Below, piece by piece: positions 22,830 through 38,752 of a stretch of DNA of 64,000 nucleotides (its first letter is position 1; each line of letters opens with the position of its first letter). The translations under genes and the position numbers were made by a program. Origin of the DNA: Psilocybe cubensis (lineage: Eukaryota); NCBI GenBank assembly GCA_017499595.2, contig CM039005.1:1364001-1428000 (forward strand). Reading direction: 5' to 3'. The notes beneath the pieces were generated by a model. That model was not told the origin of the DNA, did not search any database, and worked only from the letters and a program-made list of their open reading frames with translations.

Positions 22830-24099
22830 TAGAGCTGAATAAGCGCCCATTTCGGCTCAGCACCGCCGGCAATCCTTTCCGCACTGGCAAGAATCGACCC
22901 GATATTCATAAATTTGCGATGTGAGCAGTTTTAGAAAAGAGACTGTCCTGGACACTCACACATAGACAGTGACTAGTGACGGGTCATATCGCCTGTCGCC
23001 TGTGATACCAGGCTATGATCCTGAAAGTCTTCACCCTTCGTCGTGCAACCTCATGGTCTATGCCTTCATCAGGCTAAAATTATCTTCGGAAAGTGCATCA
23101 CGCGGAGCATGGCCCAAAACGAAGTCTTTTCTGCGGCGCTGAAACAAGAAGTAAAGAAGATGAAGCTCTTAAGGGGTGACGCATAGCCACGTACATCGTG
23201 TCGCGATTCGATTTTAACATGGAAATCGAATTCCTCAGAATGACTAGGTGTCGAACAGGATCCGGGTCAGGCTGGTGGGTAATCTGCCTGGACGGAGACG
23301 AGAATCTAATGATGGATTTGGCCCGAGTACCTGGAAATTCGCGTGCAACCGAAGGTCCATGGTCCAGAGGATCTCCAATAAACCTCTTATGGGGATGGGG
23401 AAACCTTCGAATCCAACTCGAACCACCGTGGATACCCAAAGCGAAGCGGTGACATGGTTTGTATCTCGGTGTCAATCCCGCGACTCAGTCAAGGGCCGGC
23501 ACCCGGTGCTGATTGGATGTTTTAGCTGTTGACAGAACAATGGAAAGCGAGCAGAAGTCCAGATCAAGATGGAGTAGAAGTCAGGAAAAAACATGAGGTC
23601 CGCCGGAAGCGTTGGCCCCTTTTTTTGCGTGGGAGTTCAATATTATCGATGAACCATGAGAGACTTTGTCGCAGAAAGAGGGGGGTTAACAAGTGAACGC
23701 GCAATGAAAACTGATGCGTAGTTAACGAACGAACAGATCAATTGATAAAATACTGGTCCTTGATTAGTTTGGATACACTAGCGTGATGTCAACAAGCCAA
23801 CAACTTGAATCACACAAAAAATGAAGAAGAGAAGGCATCGAGCATCAAAAATACCATTGGGGAATGAGCAAAACGAAACAGATATTATACGTGAATTAAG
23901 AGAAACATTGTGCGCACAGATATTAGCGCGGTAATATGATAGAATATAGCTATAGTAAGTACTACAGATGTGCATTGTCCCAGTGAGTAGAATTGCGAAG
24001 ATACAAATCAGAAAAAACAGAAAGCAGGGCGACAGCGAAAACAGAAACAAAAAACGAAGAAAACAGATCAAAAAACAAAAATGCAATGAGAGAAATAAT

Positions 24100-26748
24100 T
24101 TATGCGAAGCGACCAAACCTAAACATTATCGCAATTGAAGACAAGAATTTTGCACATATTCTTGTCTTCACTTCAACGGTGTTCCTATTATTCCTTGTGT
24201 CGTCCCCGGCGACATCCGTGTCTGAGTCTTCTTCATCGCCGTCCTCGAGATTAGGAAGAGCAAATGTCACCTTTTTTTTAGAGCGATTTGAAGAGGCGGA
24301 TGACGGTGAAGGTCGACGAAGGGCACTATAAAGTGGCCCATTTTTCATCTCGTTAACACGATTCTCGAAGGCCCGGGCGCGATCTGAGGAAGAGTAGTCC
24401 GAGACATGGTCCCTTGAGATAATTTCCAATGGCTCATTGGGAAAGAGAGTATTGGACAGAGACGAGGTGGGCGGCAGGCAGGGAGGGGATGGTGCACGGG
24501 CATCTCGTACAAACCTCTTCATCGAAGCTTTACTGGTAGACATTTTAAACTTTGATGTAGACTTTGAAGGCGACGAGTTTGATTTCTTCTTGGACGGTTT
24601 GTTAGAAGGAACCTTGCCGTTGTTGTGGGTGGAGGACGAAGCGGAGAGGTCGTCGGCCCGGACGCGCTTTGATGGTCTCTCAATGGCATCGTCAGAATCC
24701 GAGTCATCGGAGACGCGCATCCTTCGTTTTCCAAGAGAATTGGCAGAGAGCCTTGCCAATCTTTCCTACTAAGAAGTTGAATGACAAACAAGAAATGAGC
24801 ATAGAGCTCGGACTTACATTTTCTGCCCTTTTCATTTCTTCATGAAGTTTGCGCACGGCGGGCGTTCCATATACGTGCGAATTTGTAGGCCGTTGGGGGG
24901 GAACAGACTTCTTGGGGAGGGTAGCAGGTAGGGGAGCTGGCTTAAAGGAGCGGCGGGATAACATGAGTGTGTTCATGGGCGACGTCGACAGGACTCGCAG
25001 ACTTCTTTGCAGGTAGGCAAACTTGGAAGGACCCATTGAAGCCGCAATGGAATAGGGGAACCTCCTTCGGAGGTCACGATCGACGTTTTCGCGATCCATC
25101 ATCCTCTTGTATTCACGCTGCGCTGCACTCATGCCCTTCTCAATAGGCTGACTCGGAGTCGGCTCAGACGGAGGAAGGGTTGCCGCTGAAGATGCGACGG
25201 TTGGCGGCGTCGCGGTGGGTGGCCTTGGAAGCGCTGGAATTGAGTTCCAGAACCTGGTTGCCCGCTCCAGCCGGCCTTCTAGTGAAGCTTCCCACATAGT
25301 CGCCATCTGCGCCTCGTATTGCTGTCGCTGTAGATAGGACAACAGTCAGCGAAGCTAGAACATCGACAAAATACAAATAAAAACGCCCACCTCTAGCAGC
25401 CTGATTTGTTGTTGTCTGTACAGTTCCTCGTACAAGATCTGTTGTTGATGTTGGTGCTCCTGCTGTTGTATCATTTGTTGTTGCAGAAGGTACCGTTGCT
25501 GCAATATTTAATTTAGTTTTATATGAATATATGCAAATAAATCGACGATGATACTCACCGCTTGGATCCACACGGCCTCTCCGAAATTCCCCTCAGGGAT
25601 CTCCACCCCAGATCCAAAGATCTGCTCACAGGTGTATCCCTCATCCTGTACATAGTTGTTAATCATCCAAAACACATCAAAACTGTGAATAATCTTAATG
25701 TGATACATACATCGCACATTGGATAGTCCTCCTCGAGTTCAGGACCCTATTACATGCCCGTTGTTAAAAAAGAAGTAAAAAAAAAGTCAGACATACAATC
25801 ATTGGGATGTCGCCCAACTCAGAAGCTACTTCCATTGGCAAGTCGTCATTGTCAAGCAGGAAATGGGGGACACTTTCCTGCTGAGGAAATGAGGTTTGTC
25901 CTGGAGATGGCCCCTGCTCCCACTGATGATTTGAGGTCGATGCAATATTTGATGATGGAAGAATGGGGATTGGATCTTGTACTCCTCGGTGCGAAGAATC
26001 AGAGGTCGAGGCAGGTGGTTCGTTGAAATCTAGAAGGCCAGACATTGTATGGGGATCCTGCCACCATGAAGAACTTGAAGACTCAGGCTCTTGTGGTGCA
26101 GCCCGACCTAAACTGGACCACTGTGAACTATTAGCATCATGAGTAAACTTAGGTCTACACGAGGGACCTACAAGCGAAGCCTGATCTTGATATATATCTT
26201 CCTGATCCGCTGTGACGCTCACCGACGGCAGCCGCGAAGGCCCAGCGAGCGATTCCTGAGTTTCGAACGCGGGATCTAGTGAGAATACGCGGTGGGAGCG
26301 GTTTTGCGAGAGCCCGGGGATTTGGACGTCGTCTTCGGCTTCCGAATATTGTGGCGAATGGATAGTAGGGATGACTGGAGGCGGGGGATCCATATCGCGC
26401 GCCTTTCCCTTCCCTTTGATATCCGCTGCAACATCACTCAAAAGGTCCTCTGCCGCTTGCCATGCACTGGGATCCGGTGTTGGACCTTCAGTCGGAAGGG
26501 TGTGTTGAATCGGATCGCGTTCCGACTGTTGAGTGGCGCTGGCGTATAAATCTTCTTCGTCCTGTTCATCCTCCTGCTGCGTCGTGCTATCGCGTGGTAT
26601 CGGGGCCGCGGTGGTTTCATCGTCACTGATATAATCATCGCTGCCCAGATTGAAGGATTAGCACAAATTGAAGGCTAAATTGCAGCAAACAAAATCAAAC
26701 GCACAGGCCGTCAGCATCTGTGGCCTGCATGGAATAGCTTGTTGTCAT
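24100..26748 (-). CDS. Low-complexity multi-exon orphan protein (KGKGKA motif, S/P-rich)
   Basis: Long open exons (about 25795-26645, 24818-25330, 24100-24765) joined through short exons by GT-AG introns; no domain recognised; ends approximate. Confidence 0.6.
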
Positions 26749-27855
26749 TTTAAAATATGTGATGCGCGGTGAGAAAAGAATAAAAGGTTAGAAAGCGCAG
26801 GAAAGCAAGGTGAAAACGCGACACAAGATGGTGGTCGATGATTAAGAGAGTATAACAACGCGCTTTCCTTTGTCGGATTGTGAAAGCAAAGAGAAAATGT
26901 CACTATGCCACTTTTCGCAGGGGCCTAAAGAGGCGTCATTACACTGACTCAGAACAATGTGCCACGGGCCATTGGTTGTGTGTATCCTTGGGAAACTCAC
27001 TCATGGAACGCGTGTTTGTCGGCCATTTGACACGGTATACTTGTTCCCGGCATATCATTAGAAGCCCAGCCTCAAATCATAGGACTCGCAGAAGCCTAGA
27101 TAAGAGTAAGTGCCACTCCGGTAACGGACTTACCTTCTTTTCATTGTTCTTCCGTGAACGAAACTGAACAAACGGACAACTCGACAACTCACAACTCCAT
27201 AATGACATCACGTGACTTATCAAAGGATTAGCTTCCGCGGTGGCGATGCGCTGGCATTTTTGTCAGGAACGCTACGTAAGGACTACATAAAGGCAGCTAA
27301 TCTATTCGTGTCGTATGTATTTATTGCAAGCAATACAGTACGGTGCATTCACAGTGTACACCCGAGATCGAAATGACAGTTAATGTGACCAAACCGTGAT
27401 GATCAAAAGAATGACCCATTTTACCAAAACAAATTGAAAATATGTTAGTGCCTTACAACGACAGCTAACGCAACTTCTAAATACAATAGATAGACCGACT
27501 AATGATGTAAATATTAGTGTTTATTATTTCACTACACCCGATTATTCTTAATGGCGAAAGATAAAATGATGCAAATAGATCTGATGTTGGTGGTACTACA
27601 GAGTGAGAATGAAGAAAAAAAATGCTGGTGGATTGCATATGGGATGAGTTTGTTGTACAGATTGAGAGAGAAGAAGAAAAACAGCAAGTCCAAAACACCG
27701 AAGTGCACTGAGAAATACCTATGCGACCTATGCCAGGGACAAGAAAAAAAGAGGATTCATGATCAACCGTGAACGGAAACCAAATGACCAAAGTACAGCA
27801 CAAGCAACCAAGCCAAAAAGAAAGAGGAAAAACACCATTCAATCCGATAACCCAG

Positions 27856-30800
27856 CTACCGGATGTCTGTGTCCAAAGGCACCCTGCACAATGGGCAGGT
27901 TTTACTCCTCCTCAACCACCGAGATAGACAGCTTTCATGGAACGAATGCTGGCACAACGACGTCAACGCGCCCATTTCGCCATCCTTGAACTGAAACAAG
28001 CAAATGCCACATTTATTCACCGCAACGTCCAAGAGCGACAACTTAAGCTTCACGACGCCCTTGTCGGTAACGCGCCGCCTCTTCACTTCAATACGCGCGA
28101 TGAGCGAGATATTGTCGCTGGGGTGCCGGGGGGTGCAGATCGGAGTGGACGAAGTCGCGTTGTTGCTGGATGTGATCGTAGGTGTTGTACGGTTGTCGGT
28201 TGCACCGCTGTGGTTCGGGCTCGAATTCGGGTTCAATGACAGGTTCGAGTTCGGGTTCGAGGTCGTCGTCGAGGTCAAATCTGTACTGGCTGGCCCAATT
28301 ATCTCGGAAAGCAGGAGAAGCGTCTGGGGGCTGTTTGAGGCGCGTACCGTTCCACCCGTGGTGACCAGAACTCACATCATAATCAGTACCGTTTGGATCT
28401 GCATCTGCCAGTCTGGAAACCAACAAATCCAAATCTGTCAGGTCTGAAAGTACATTATTCGGGGCGCTGCTGTTCTGCTGAATAGCAGCGCCAGGGGAAT
28501 GACGCGATCCTGACAAGGGGCTTCTTGAGGAGCTGATGTTCAGCATCCTTGGATCCCTCATAAGATTAACTGAGGATGAGGAAGCCTGAGCCTGTACTTG
28601 AGCCAATGGGAGGTGCGGCTGGGATGTATACCTCTCAGACGATAAAGGCGTCGAAGAACGGCTCGCTGGAATGGTGTCTAACGTCGTATCCTCCAAGTCA
28701 ATCAAAAGACCCTCCGGACAGGTGCTAAGCGGGTTATTTCTAAGCGTCAAAGTCGGGTCCGAGGACGCGTATACCGAATCGACAACATGAACACGGTTCG
28801 TGTTAGTAGGAACAGACGCACTCGGCGGCGGGCGCGGAAGTGGTCGGCCAGCGTAGTGGTGCCGTGATGGAGTGATAGGTTCCTCCAACGAGTTCGACTT
28901 TACCACTTCTGTAGTAACTGACATCGTAGAAGGTCCAGAAGGAGGCGGTGGTGTAGCCATCCTTGACGTCGTAGTTGCAGGTGCAGCGGTGAGTGCGGGT
29001 GCAATGCGATGATGGTCTTCGGAGATCGGGTTTGTCAGCAATCTTGGCGAGGTGCCGGCCGAGAGCACAGGCAGGTCTGACAAGATGTCTTCGTCGTTGA
29101 ATGCAGCGACAGAGCCGTCAAGATCAAACTGATGGTAGAGAGTGGGAGTCATTGGAAGTGGTGTGTCTAAAGCCTTCTGGTACATAGCTGCTTCGGCAGC
29201 TGACTGATCCCCCACGAGGCTATGAGTAGTGTTTGTACCCAATCGTAGAGGAGAAGGATGCGCAACCTGTGCGACGTGCTTCAACACCGTGAGTGAAGGC
29301 GCAGGAGATGGAGACACGGCGCGGACGCGTACAGACACCAATGGCGGGCCCGAGTTCAGGGAAGTTGTGGATTCAGAGGCCAGGAATGTAGGGCTCCTGT
29401 GCGTAGATTCGGAAGCACCAGGTGTCGGGGATCGGTTTCGATGTACAGAACGATCAAGGAAAAGTTGAGATGACCCTTTCCAATCTCTCAGGAATGTTTC
29501 CTGGGAAGCCTGTGGCGATGGTATTCTCAGCGTACGCCGTTCTTCCTCTGAGGACTCTGGTACCATTAGCGATCTCTTTGCCCTAGAGGCATCAGACATG
29601 TATGGTGTCCCTAATGAAAAGCTCACGCTCTTCGTTGGAGAAGTATCGCCATTGCCATTGGAATGTTGTTGGATTGACTCAATCGCTGACAACAAGCTGC
29701 GAGGATGAATAACAGTTTCATTCCCCAATTCATCGACTCCAGCATATGTTTCTTCCTCGACAACTTCCCAAGTTTCAATTGGTTCCGCATTCTGGTGTAG
29801 ACCATCTGAGTTCTGCTTGCTGCGATCTCTTCTGAAAATTCTTCGCGATAAAGGTTCTCTTTTTCCGGTGTGCGGCGGCGGCGGTGATAGAAGTGGCAAC
29901 CGAAGGAAAGATGCGGTCGCCAACGATGATGAGCTTCGGAAGAAAATGGAGCGGGAAGTATGGTATGGTGATGTTGGCGAAGGGTGCGCAGACAAAGTTG
30001 CGCGATCTTCGTGAACCGGCGAACGTGGAGGAAATATCGTCTTTAATGGGGAGAGCGACAAAAAACGTCGCTTAGGACTGACGGGAATCGGCCCAAAGTC
30101 ATCATTCTTTGGGTCTGGGTCGATAAGCAAAGGCGTCAAAAGCTTTTTAGCAGATCGTCCCCGTGTGAGGGCATTAATCCCATCACTTAGAGGTTTACTC
30201 GCAGAGGAATGGTTCATCAAGGCCGATGATTTATTTGGAAACTCCGTTCCTCGGCGCTTGAGCCAGTCGCTCTTTACTCGTTCCTCCAATGCAGCACCAC
30301 TCGGGAGGTCGGTAGAACAGACAGGAACCGAATTTCGATCGATAATAAACATCTCGCCTTCAAAATCCACGTCGTTATCGGCACCCTGTGGGTCAGTCGT
30401 GACCACTTGCGCTACGGGTTGATCAATCGATTCTCGCGGTTCCTCAACGGGCTGGACAATCGATACTTGTGGTTCTTCTGGTATGTTAGCGGGAATAATC
30501 AACGGCAGTGTGGGCGCCAGTGGCAGCGACGTCGTACTAGAGCATACAGAAACTGGGGGCGTAGTCATTGCCTCCTGAAACGAAGGCGGAGGGTAATCAG
30601 GTATTCCTACAAGAAAAAAACGCATATAGTAAGCATACATGTCCGTCAAACGATAAAAAGCATACCATTCTGATCTTCAGGGTACGTCCTTCCTGGTATA
30701 CGAAACCCTCTGCGGACCCCTCTACTTGCCGGCGGAGGGCGCAAACTTCTAGGCCCAGTATTGAATCTCATTTCTTCTTCCTGCCTAGGAGGTCTCTCCG

Positions 30801-31023
30801 CCCTTGGCTTCGCCTTGGGCTTTTTCCCTTTCCCATGAGGAGCCCCACGATCCGCGTTTTCATTGACATTCGTAGCAGCGGTAGCAGACGTCACGGCGCC
30901 TGCCCCTCCTGAGACTGGACTGGATGCATGGACCAGCGTTTGGCCAGACGTGGCCCGCTCCTGACGAGCATCATACACGTACGGCGAGACGGTCGCTGCG
31001 CCCGCAACTCGATGAGGAGCCAT
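27856..31023 (-). CDS. Long S/P-rich protein with C-terminal RING-H2 finger (putative E3 ligase)
   Basis: CGICLFQF...CQHSFHESCLSRWLRRSKTCPLCR; PPPSFQEA motif; LTDLDLLVSRL segment; three exons. Confidence 0.88.
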
Positions 31024-31471
31024 CGTAAAACAAGGGAATTGCCAGCAATATGCTGGTAGAGGGAAGTAATACAGCAAATAAGACTGTCTCCACCTAGCCC
31101 CCGGGAATGAACGACTGCAGGTGACAGAACATGCACCAGCCACGAATTTGCAGCATTGCGCCTCGTTTGGCGCTATTTGTGATATGCCTAAGTTGAGCAC
31201 AGCGGAAACGAGGATACTTGGGTTTTTAAGGCTCCGCGGCATATGTTTTGGGGTATCTGTAACTGCGCCATTTCAGCTTCTGGGTGAAGGATGGAGCGGA
31301 TGGCTAAAGAAAGAGAGAGATAGCGCAGAAGGTCGAAACGAGGTCCAATGTTATTGTGGTTACGTCGGCACGTTCATCAAGTCCGATTTTCGACAGCGAT
31401 GTCATCGATATCGGCACCCGGGCCGTTTTCTTTGTTCTCGACTTGTTTCCTCATCAGAGCCGCGACTTCTA

Positions 31472-34325
<2,854 letters not shown>

Positions 34326-35255
34326 GGTATATCAGCTAGTTAAGCCGGCGAATAAAAGGTGTCGCAGACGACCTCGGCGTAGGAGACGTTATAAACACTT
34401 GCAGCTCTTTCCAGCCACGTATCATCGTGTCAAAACCCGACCAAACAAATGTTGTCTGCCTCGGTAACTCCCGGCCCGTTACCTTGCTCTACCACTGACT
34501 CTGCTCTGAGGCTAAGCACGTCAAGCTGTAAACTGCTCTGTAGCTTGTAAGATTTTCAATGCTCCTGGAAACTGAAATAGAGTTGATTTTTTTTTTACTA
34601 AATATTCAACAAGCAATACTTGGTATGTATGTATCTGGCGACTCACCGGATATGATAGTGCAGGATGTTTTCATACTCGGAGCTGGCTTTTGAAAATTGA
34701 AGAAGTGAATATTCTTCAAGTTTCGACCTACTTCTTCCGCAAGAGAAGTACAGATAGTAATACGTATATGAAATTGTGGACATGCAGTTAATTTCGGGAC
34801 TAGGCAACTAAACAACATGATGATCTCTATGCCGCAGCCGTTTGGTGGTGCCTTACGCGTTTAAGCTTCAAATTTTGATACATTTCACTGTTCATTCGCT
34901 CATATAAATTTGGGCGACTTCTACATATGTGGTGCCAAATCATTCAGCCTTCATGTTTCTTTTGACGAACCTATAAGAACCCCCGTCTACGATATTAAAT
35001 CAGACGACAATGTCCTAGTTAGCCTTATCTTTGGTGCCTCCCCTGATAATACAGGCTTGTTTTACATCAGGTTCTATAGTACCGTACCACTGAACCTTCC
35101 ATTCCAGCATTGCAGTTATAGTATACTAAAGAACTCGAGCAGGCAACCAGCAGGGTGATATTTTGAAGGCAGGTTCCCAACACATGATGTATTTCTTATC
35201 TGTTCTCGCTCATATTGGCTCTCGCTCCCATGTTTCCCATAGCATCTTCTTTCAT

Positions 35256-35900
35256 TTTAGGCCCTTTTGTGGATCCACGTGTAGGCCACGACGTTCGAAT
35301 TAGAGTCAGGAGCAAGTCCCGATATGGTAATTAACGGAGGCATCGTGTCCGCCAAATTGCCCAATCCGGTACTTGGATCGCCTTTGGCGGAAACAAGCAC
35401 AGCATTCGTGCAATCGCGGCCAGTGGAGTACGTGTAATCGCTACACTGAGGAGAGAGAGACCCGGAATAGGTTTAATTGAGCCAGTATTTCCTTGTTGCG
35501 ACCAGCAAATGGGTACAGCTCTTGGGCGCGATTGAAGAGTCACTGCACGTTGTGCTTTTTGAGTCTTCGATCGTTCTGTTATCATCTAGCACATTCCAGC
35601 GATTACCCGTGTCCCACGAAATCCCATAGCAAATACGTGGTCTATGGACCATCCACGTTGTATAGTTATTAAGTGGCCTATGTGGGAGCTTTTCCAGGGG
35701 TAGAACCGGTTCATGTGATGCCAGCAACCATCATCTTTGGATGACACTGTTTTGACATAGTCACCACGCAGAGTTGTTATTTCAAGAAATATGCTTGTAT
35801 ATACACTGGCCTGTCAGGTATATGGCTGAGTTAACAGCTGGCGGCCATATATCCACTGGACCAATAAATAGGGCGGTGTTGATTCAGGAACGATCGACGA
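35256..35900 (-). other. Possible small or degraded gene of unknown function
   Basis: Protein-like exon ...CSDYTYSTGRDCTNAVLVSAKGDPSTGLGNLADTMPPLITISGLAPDSNSNVVAYTWIHKRA* follows a pyrimidine-rich acceptor; upstream structure unresolved. Confidence 0.3.
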
Positions 35901-37149
35901 ATTTTGGCAGGCGTGTTTATCATATCGTTTAAGACTCTTGTTTTTGTATGATATAGACGTGAGGCGCAGAAGATTGCGTTTGCTGTGTATAAAGTTTTAC
36001 TGACCACCTTTGGTAGAGTATTCTGTAGCATGTGTCATTTTTGCGACGAAGGTCTACCTCAGGTTTTATTAACGATTTGAACCAATGAGAGAAAAGTTGT
36101 ACAGTCATAATGACCAAAGTTCGGGAGAAATGTCGACAGCGCCCATTTGAGAAAAAGTAGAACAACTTGATGAATCTCAATTAAAGTAAGCCCTCGAGCA
36201 GAAAAAGCTTCTAGTCGAGCGATTTGTCACGTATGACTTTTTGTCGCTTGTAGGAAGCAGGTACAAGGTCATATATCGTCTGACTTTTAACCTGGAGTAA
36301 ATACAATGACCATTCGTCTAAAATGGTTCGACATTATTGTACCGCGATGACTGTGCGTATCAATGTTGTGGAGACTGCAATATTCTGGTCAGCTATGATT
36401 CATGGTTCGACGCATCCAACGTAGCCGCGTACTGCGATATACGCCTGCGCATGCAGTATCCGCATTACATTCTAGCAATGAATATAGTGGGATCGTCTTT
36501 ACGGTGGATGGTGTGAGCTACCACGCAGCTGCGCCGTAGGCTTTTGTAAATGACAGACCCTAGAAAATTAATTGACCGATGAAATACCCCATGATTGCAC
36601 CCGCGAGCATCGTCATCACGTTTGCCCTGAGATTGATCAAGGAACTGGACGAATAAGGATGGGCTTCTTGGCCGGCCGGTCCTCATCGAGACTTGGGTAG
36701 GTCTGAACGCCCAGGAAAGCCCTATATTAGACAGGCTGCTCCCAGTGTCCGCGTTACGTCCCTGACCTGCCCTTCTCATACAGAATACCGCGATATGAAC
36801 CCATATTTTTGTTCAACCTCATGTCGAGACGACGCACAAGGAGTCCGAGCGGCCTCGCGAGCGTGCGAATACTAGGAGGCGGAGGGCAGTGCTGCGCCGT
36901 CTTACAAGGGGCAGATAAGTAATAGCGGAGTTTGTATTTTCTTTCTCTTGCTTTCTTTCCTTCCACATCTTTGGGAGCGGACCTGCCGACCCGTCCTCTC
37001 ATATACCCTATATAATACCCATTCCTCTCTCTTTCTTTTCTTTCTTCCTTGCCCACCAACTAATCGTATGTTCACCTGTTCACGACGAGCCTGCTCTCTT
37101 CGTTTCCTAACCAACCGTTATCGCAGGGAGCCACCATCCGCCACACCCT

Positions 37150-37963
37150 ATGTCTGCTAGGTCTGATTCACCTAAATCCGTGGTCTTCGAGGGCGACGAC
37201 GACAAAGACATGTTAGAGAGTCTTAGAGGCTTGAGTATAAAAGGTTTTCACGATTGGTACGTCGTCGTTCTTCCCCGTGCTTTCGTTCTCACTGACACCC
37301 CCCACAGCACAGAACCCAACGCCAATACGCCGTCGTCCACCAACGCCTCCCTGCCAACTCCTCCAGCTCTTAAGAGCTCACACATCTATCTGGCATCCCC
37401 AGAACGCCCATAGTATGTGTGCTTGCATTGCTGCTCCTCATCGCCCTGACCTCTTCATTAGCGTTGGGCACTCTACCTGGTACCCGGAGGAGCGTACCAT
37501 ACCCCCCAATGCCCCTCTCATGAAGGACCTTGACTCCTTCACAGAGGGCACGGGCCAGGGCAGCTTCGACTTCCCGCTTGCGTCCGGACCCGATGAACCC
37601 CCCAGGCTCCCCCTCATCTTCCACCCCACTGAAAATTTCGTGGCTGCCGGCGACATATCGCCTACAATTCCCAGCCCGCTGGCATTGGACCTCTTGCCAT
37701 CTCCTAGCGACCCCACTGATGCGGTGCTTGCCTGGAGAGAGAGCGTTTCAGCTACATCGGAGGAGTTCCCACCGACATCGTCAGACTCTCCCTCCCCTCC
37801 CAAAAAGCGTAGAAGGTCCTTCACACAGGACAGCGACAACCAGGAGCGCCGCACTCGGGCCTGGAGTCCCACGATCGACTCGTCGTTTATACCCTACTCT
37901 GAAAACCATGAAGACACCCCCGAAGTTCTCGAGTACCGCTCAGAACCCGATGCTCCCGGCTGA
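37150..37963 (+). CDS. Hypothetical P/S-rich protein with a KKRRR basic motif
   Basis: ATG at 37150, probable intron at about 37257-37307, then a long open exon to 37963; CT-rich 5' region. Confidence 0.55.
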
Positions 37964-38752
37964 CCAGTCGCCCCTTCTCCCTCACCATCCTAACTCACTG
38001 GCCCCGCTGCCAACCACCGTCTATTAACTCGTTATCATCGTTGGACTCATTTTTTTTGCCACGGCATCTTTGATATGCCCATGATACAACTCAATTCCAT
38101 TGTGGAAACAAGAACAATCTCCGAGTCGCCGTCGTCGTTCAAGAGTAACGGAATGCCTATCTATTGCCTCATGAGGCTTTCCTCATTTTATGCCCCCAGG
38201 AATCTATGCTCAATCCCCTTTCTCATTGTGTTAGAATGATTTGCGACATCTTCCCAACTCTGTCCACTCTCCTCATCGTCTGCCCCCTGATTCGTGCTTT
38301 CCTTGGTTCAGTCTTTTCTATTTAGTGTTCTTCTGCTATCCATTACCATTAGGACATTCACTTCCTGGTCATCGACTTTGGTTTTGCGTACATACCCCAA
38401 AGATGAGATTGGATAGATTTTTATACTTTTCATTATTCGGCCTCCCCCGCTTGCTCCCCGCATTACTGCATTTTAGGTGCTGTTATTGCTGTTTTCATGT
38501 ACATCCCCGTATTGGCTAGTTTCCCCGCTTTCCCTCCGCCTGCTCAGAATATGACTCGATTGATCGCTTGCAAAAATATACCCACGAAACTTACTCTCAG
38601 TGGTGTGATAAGATAAAGTGTGAAGTAGATTAGATGCAAGCCAAACAAGCTCTAATAACGCGTACACATGACCAAATAAGCTCGATCACGAATTACGATC
38701 AACTGAATGTTCTCAGGGTTCAATATCAATTCTCTCCTCACCTCCAATCTCC

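Noticed and set aside
22579..22909. Repeat peptides (VAHNS; CRPQLCRPQCC) as RiPP precursor or metallothionein/keratin-like protein
   Set aside because: No signal peptide, Kex2 sites, MSDIN-type leader or adjacent tailoring genes; all frames are open simply because the repeat lacks stops.
23098..23532. Overlapping ORFs on both strands
   Set aside because: No domain, splice structure or codon signal I could support.
26438..26638. Apparent frameshift between ORFs 26438-26638 and 25764-26441
   Set aside because: The frame of the downstream ORF is open upstream (SDDETTAAP...AAEDLLSDVAAD), so the short ORF is a shadow.
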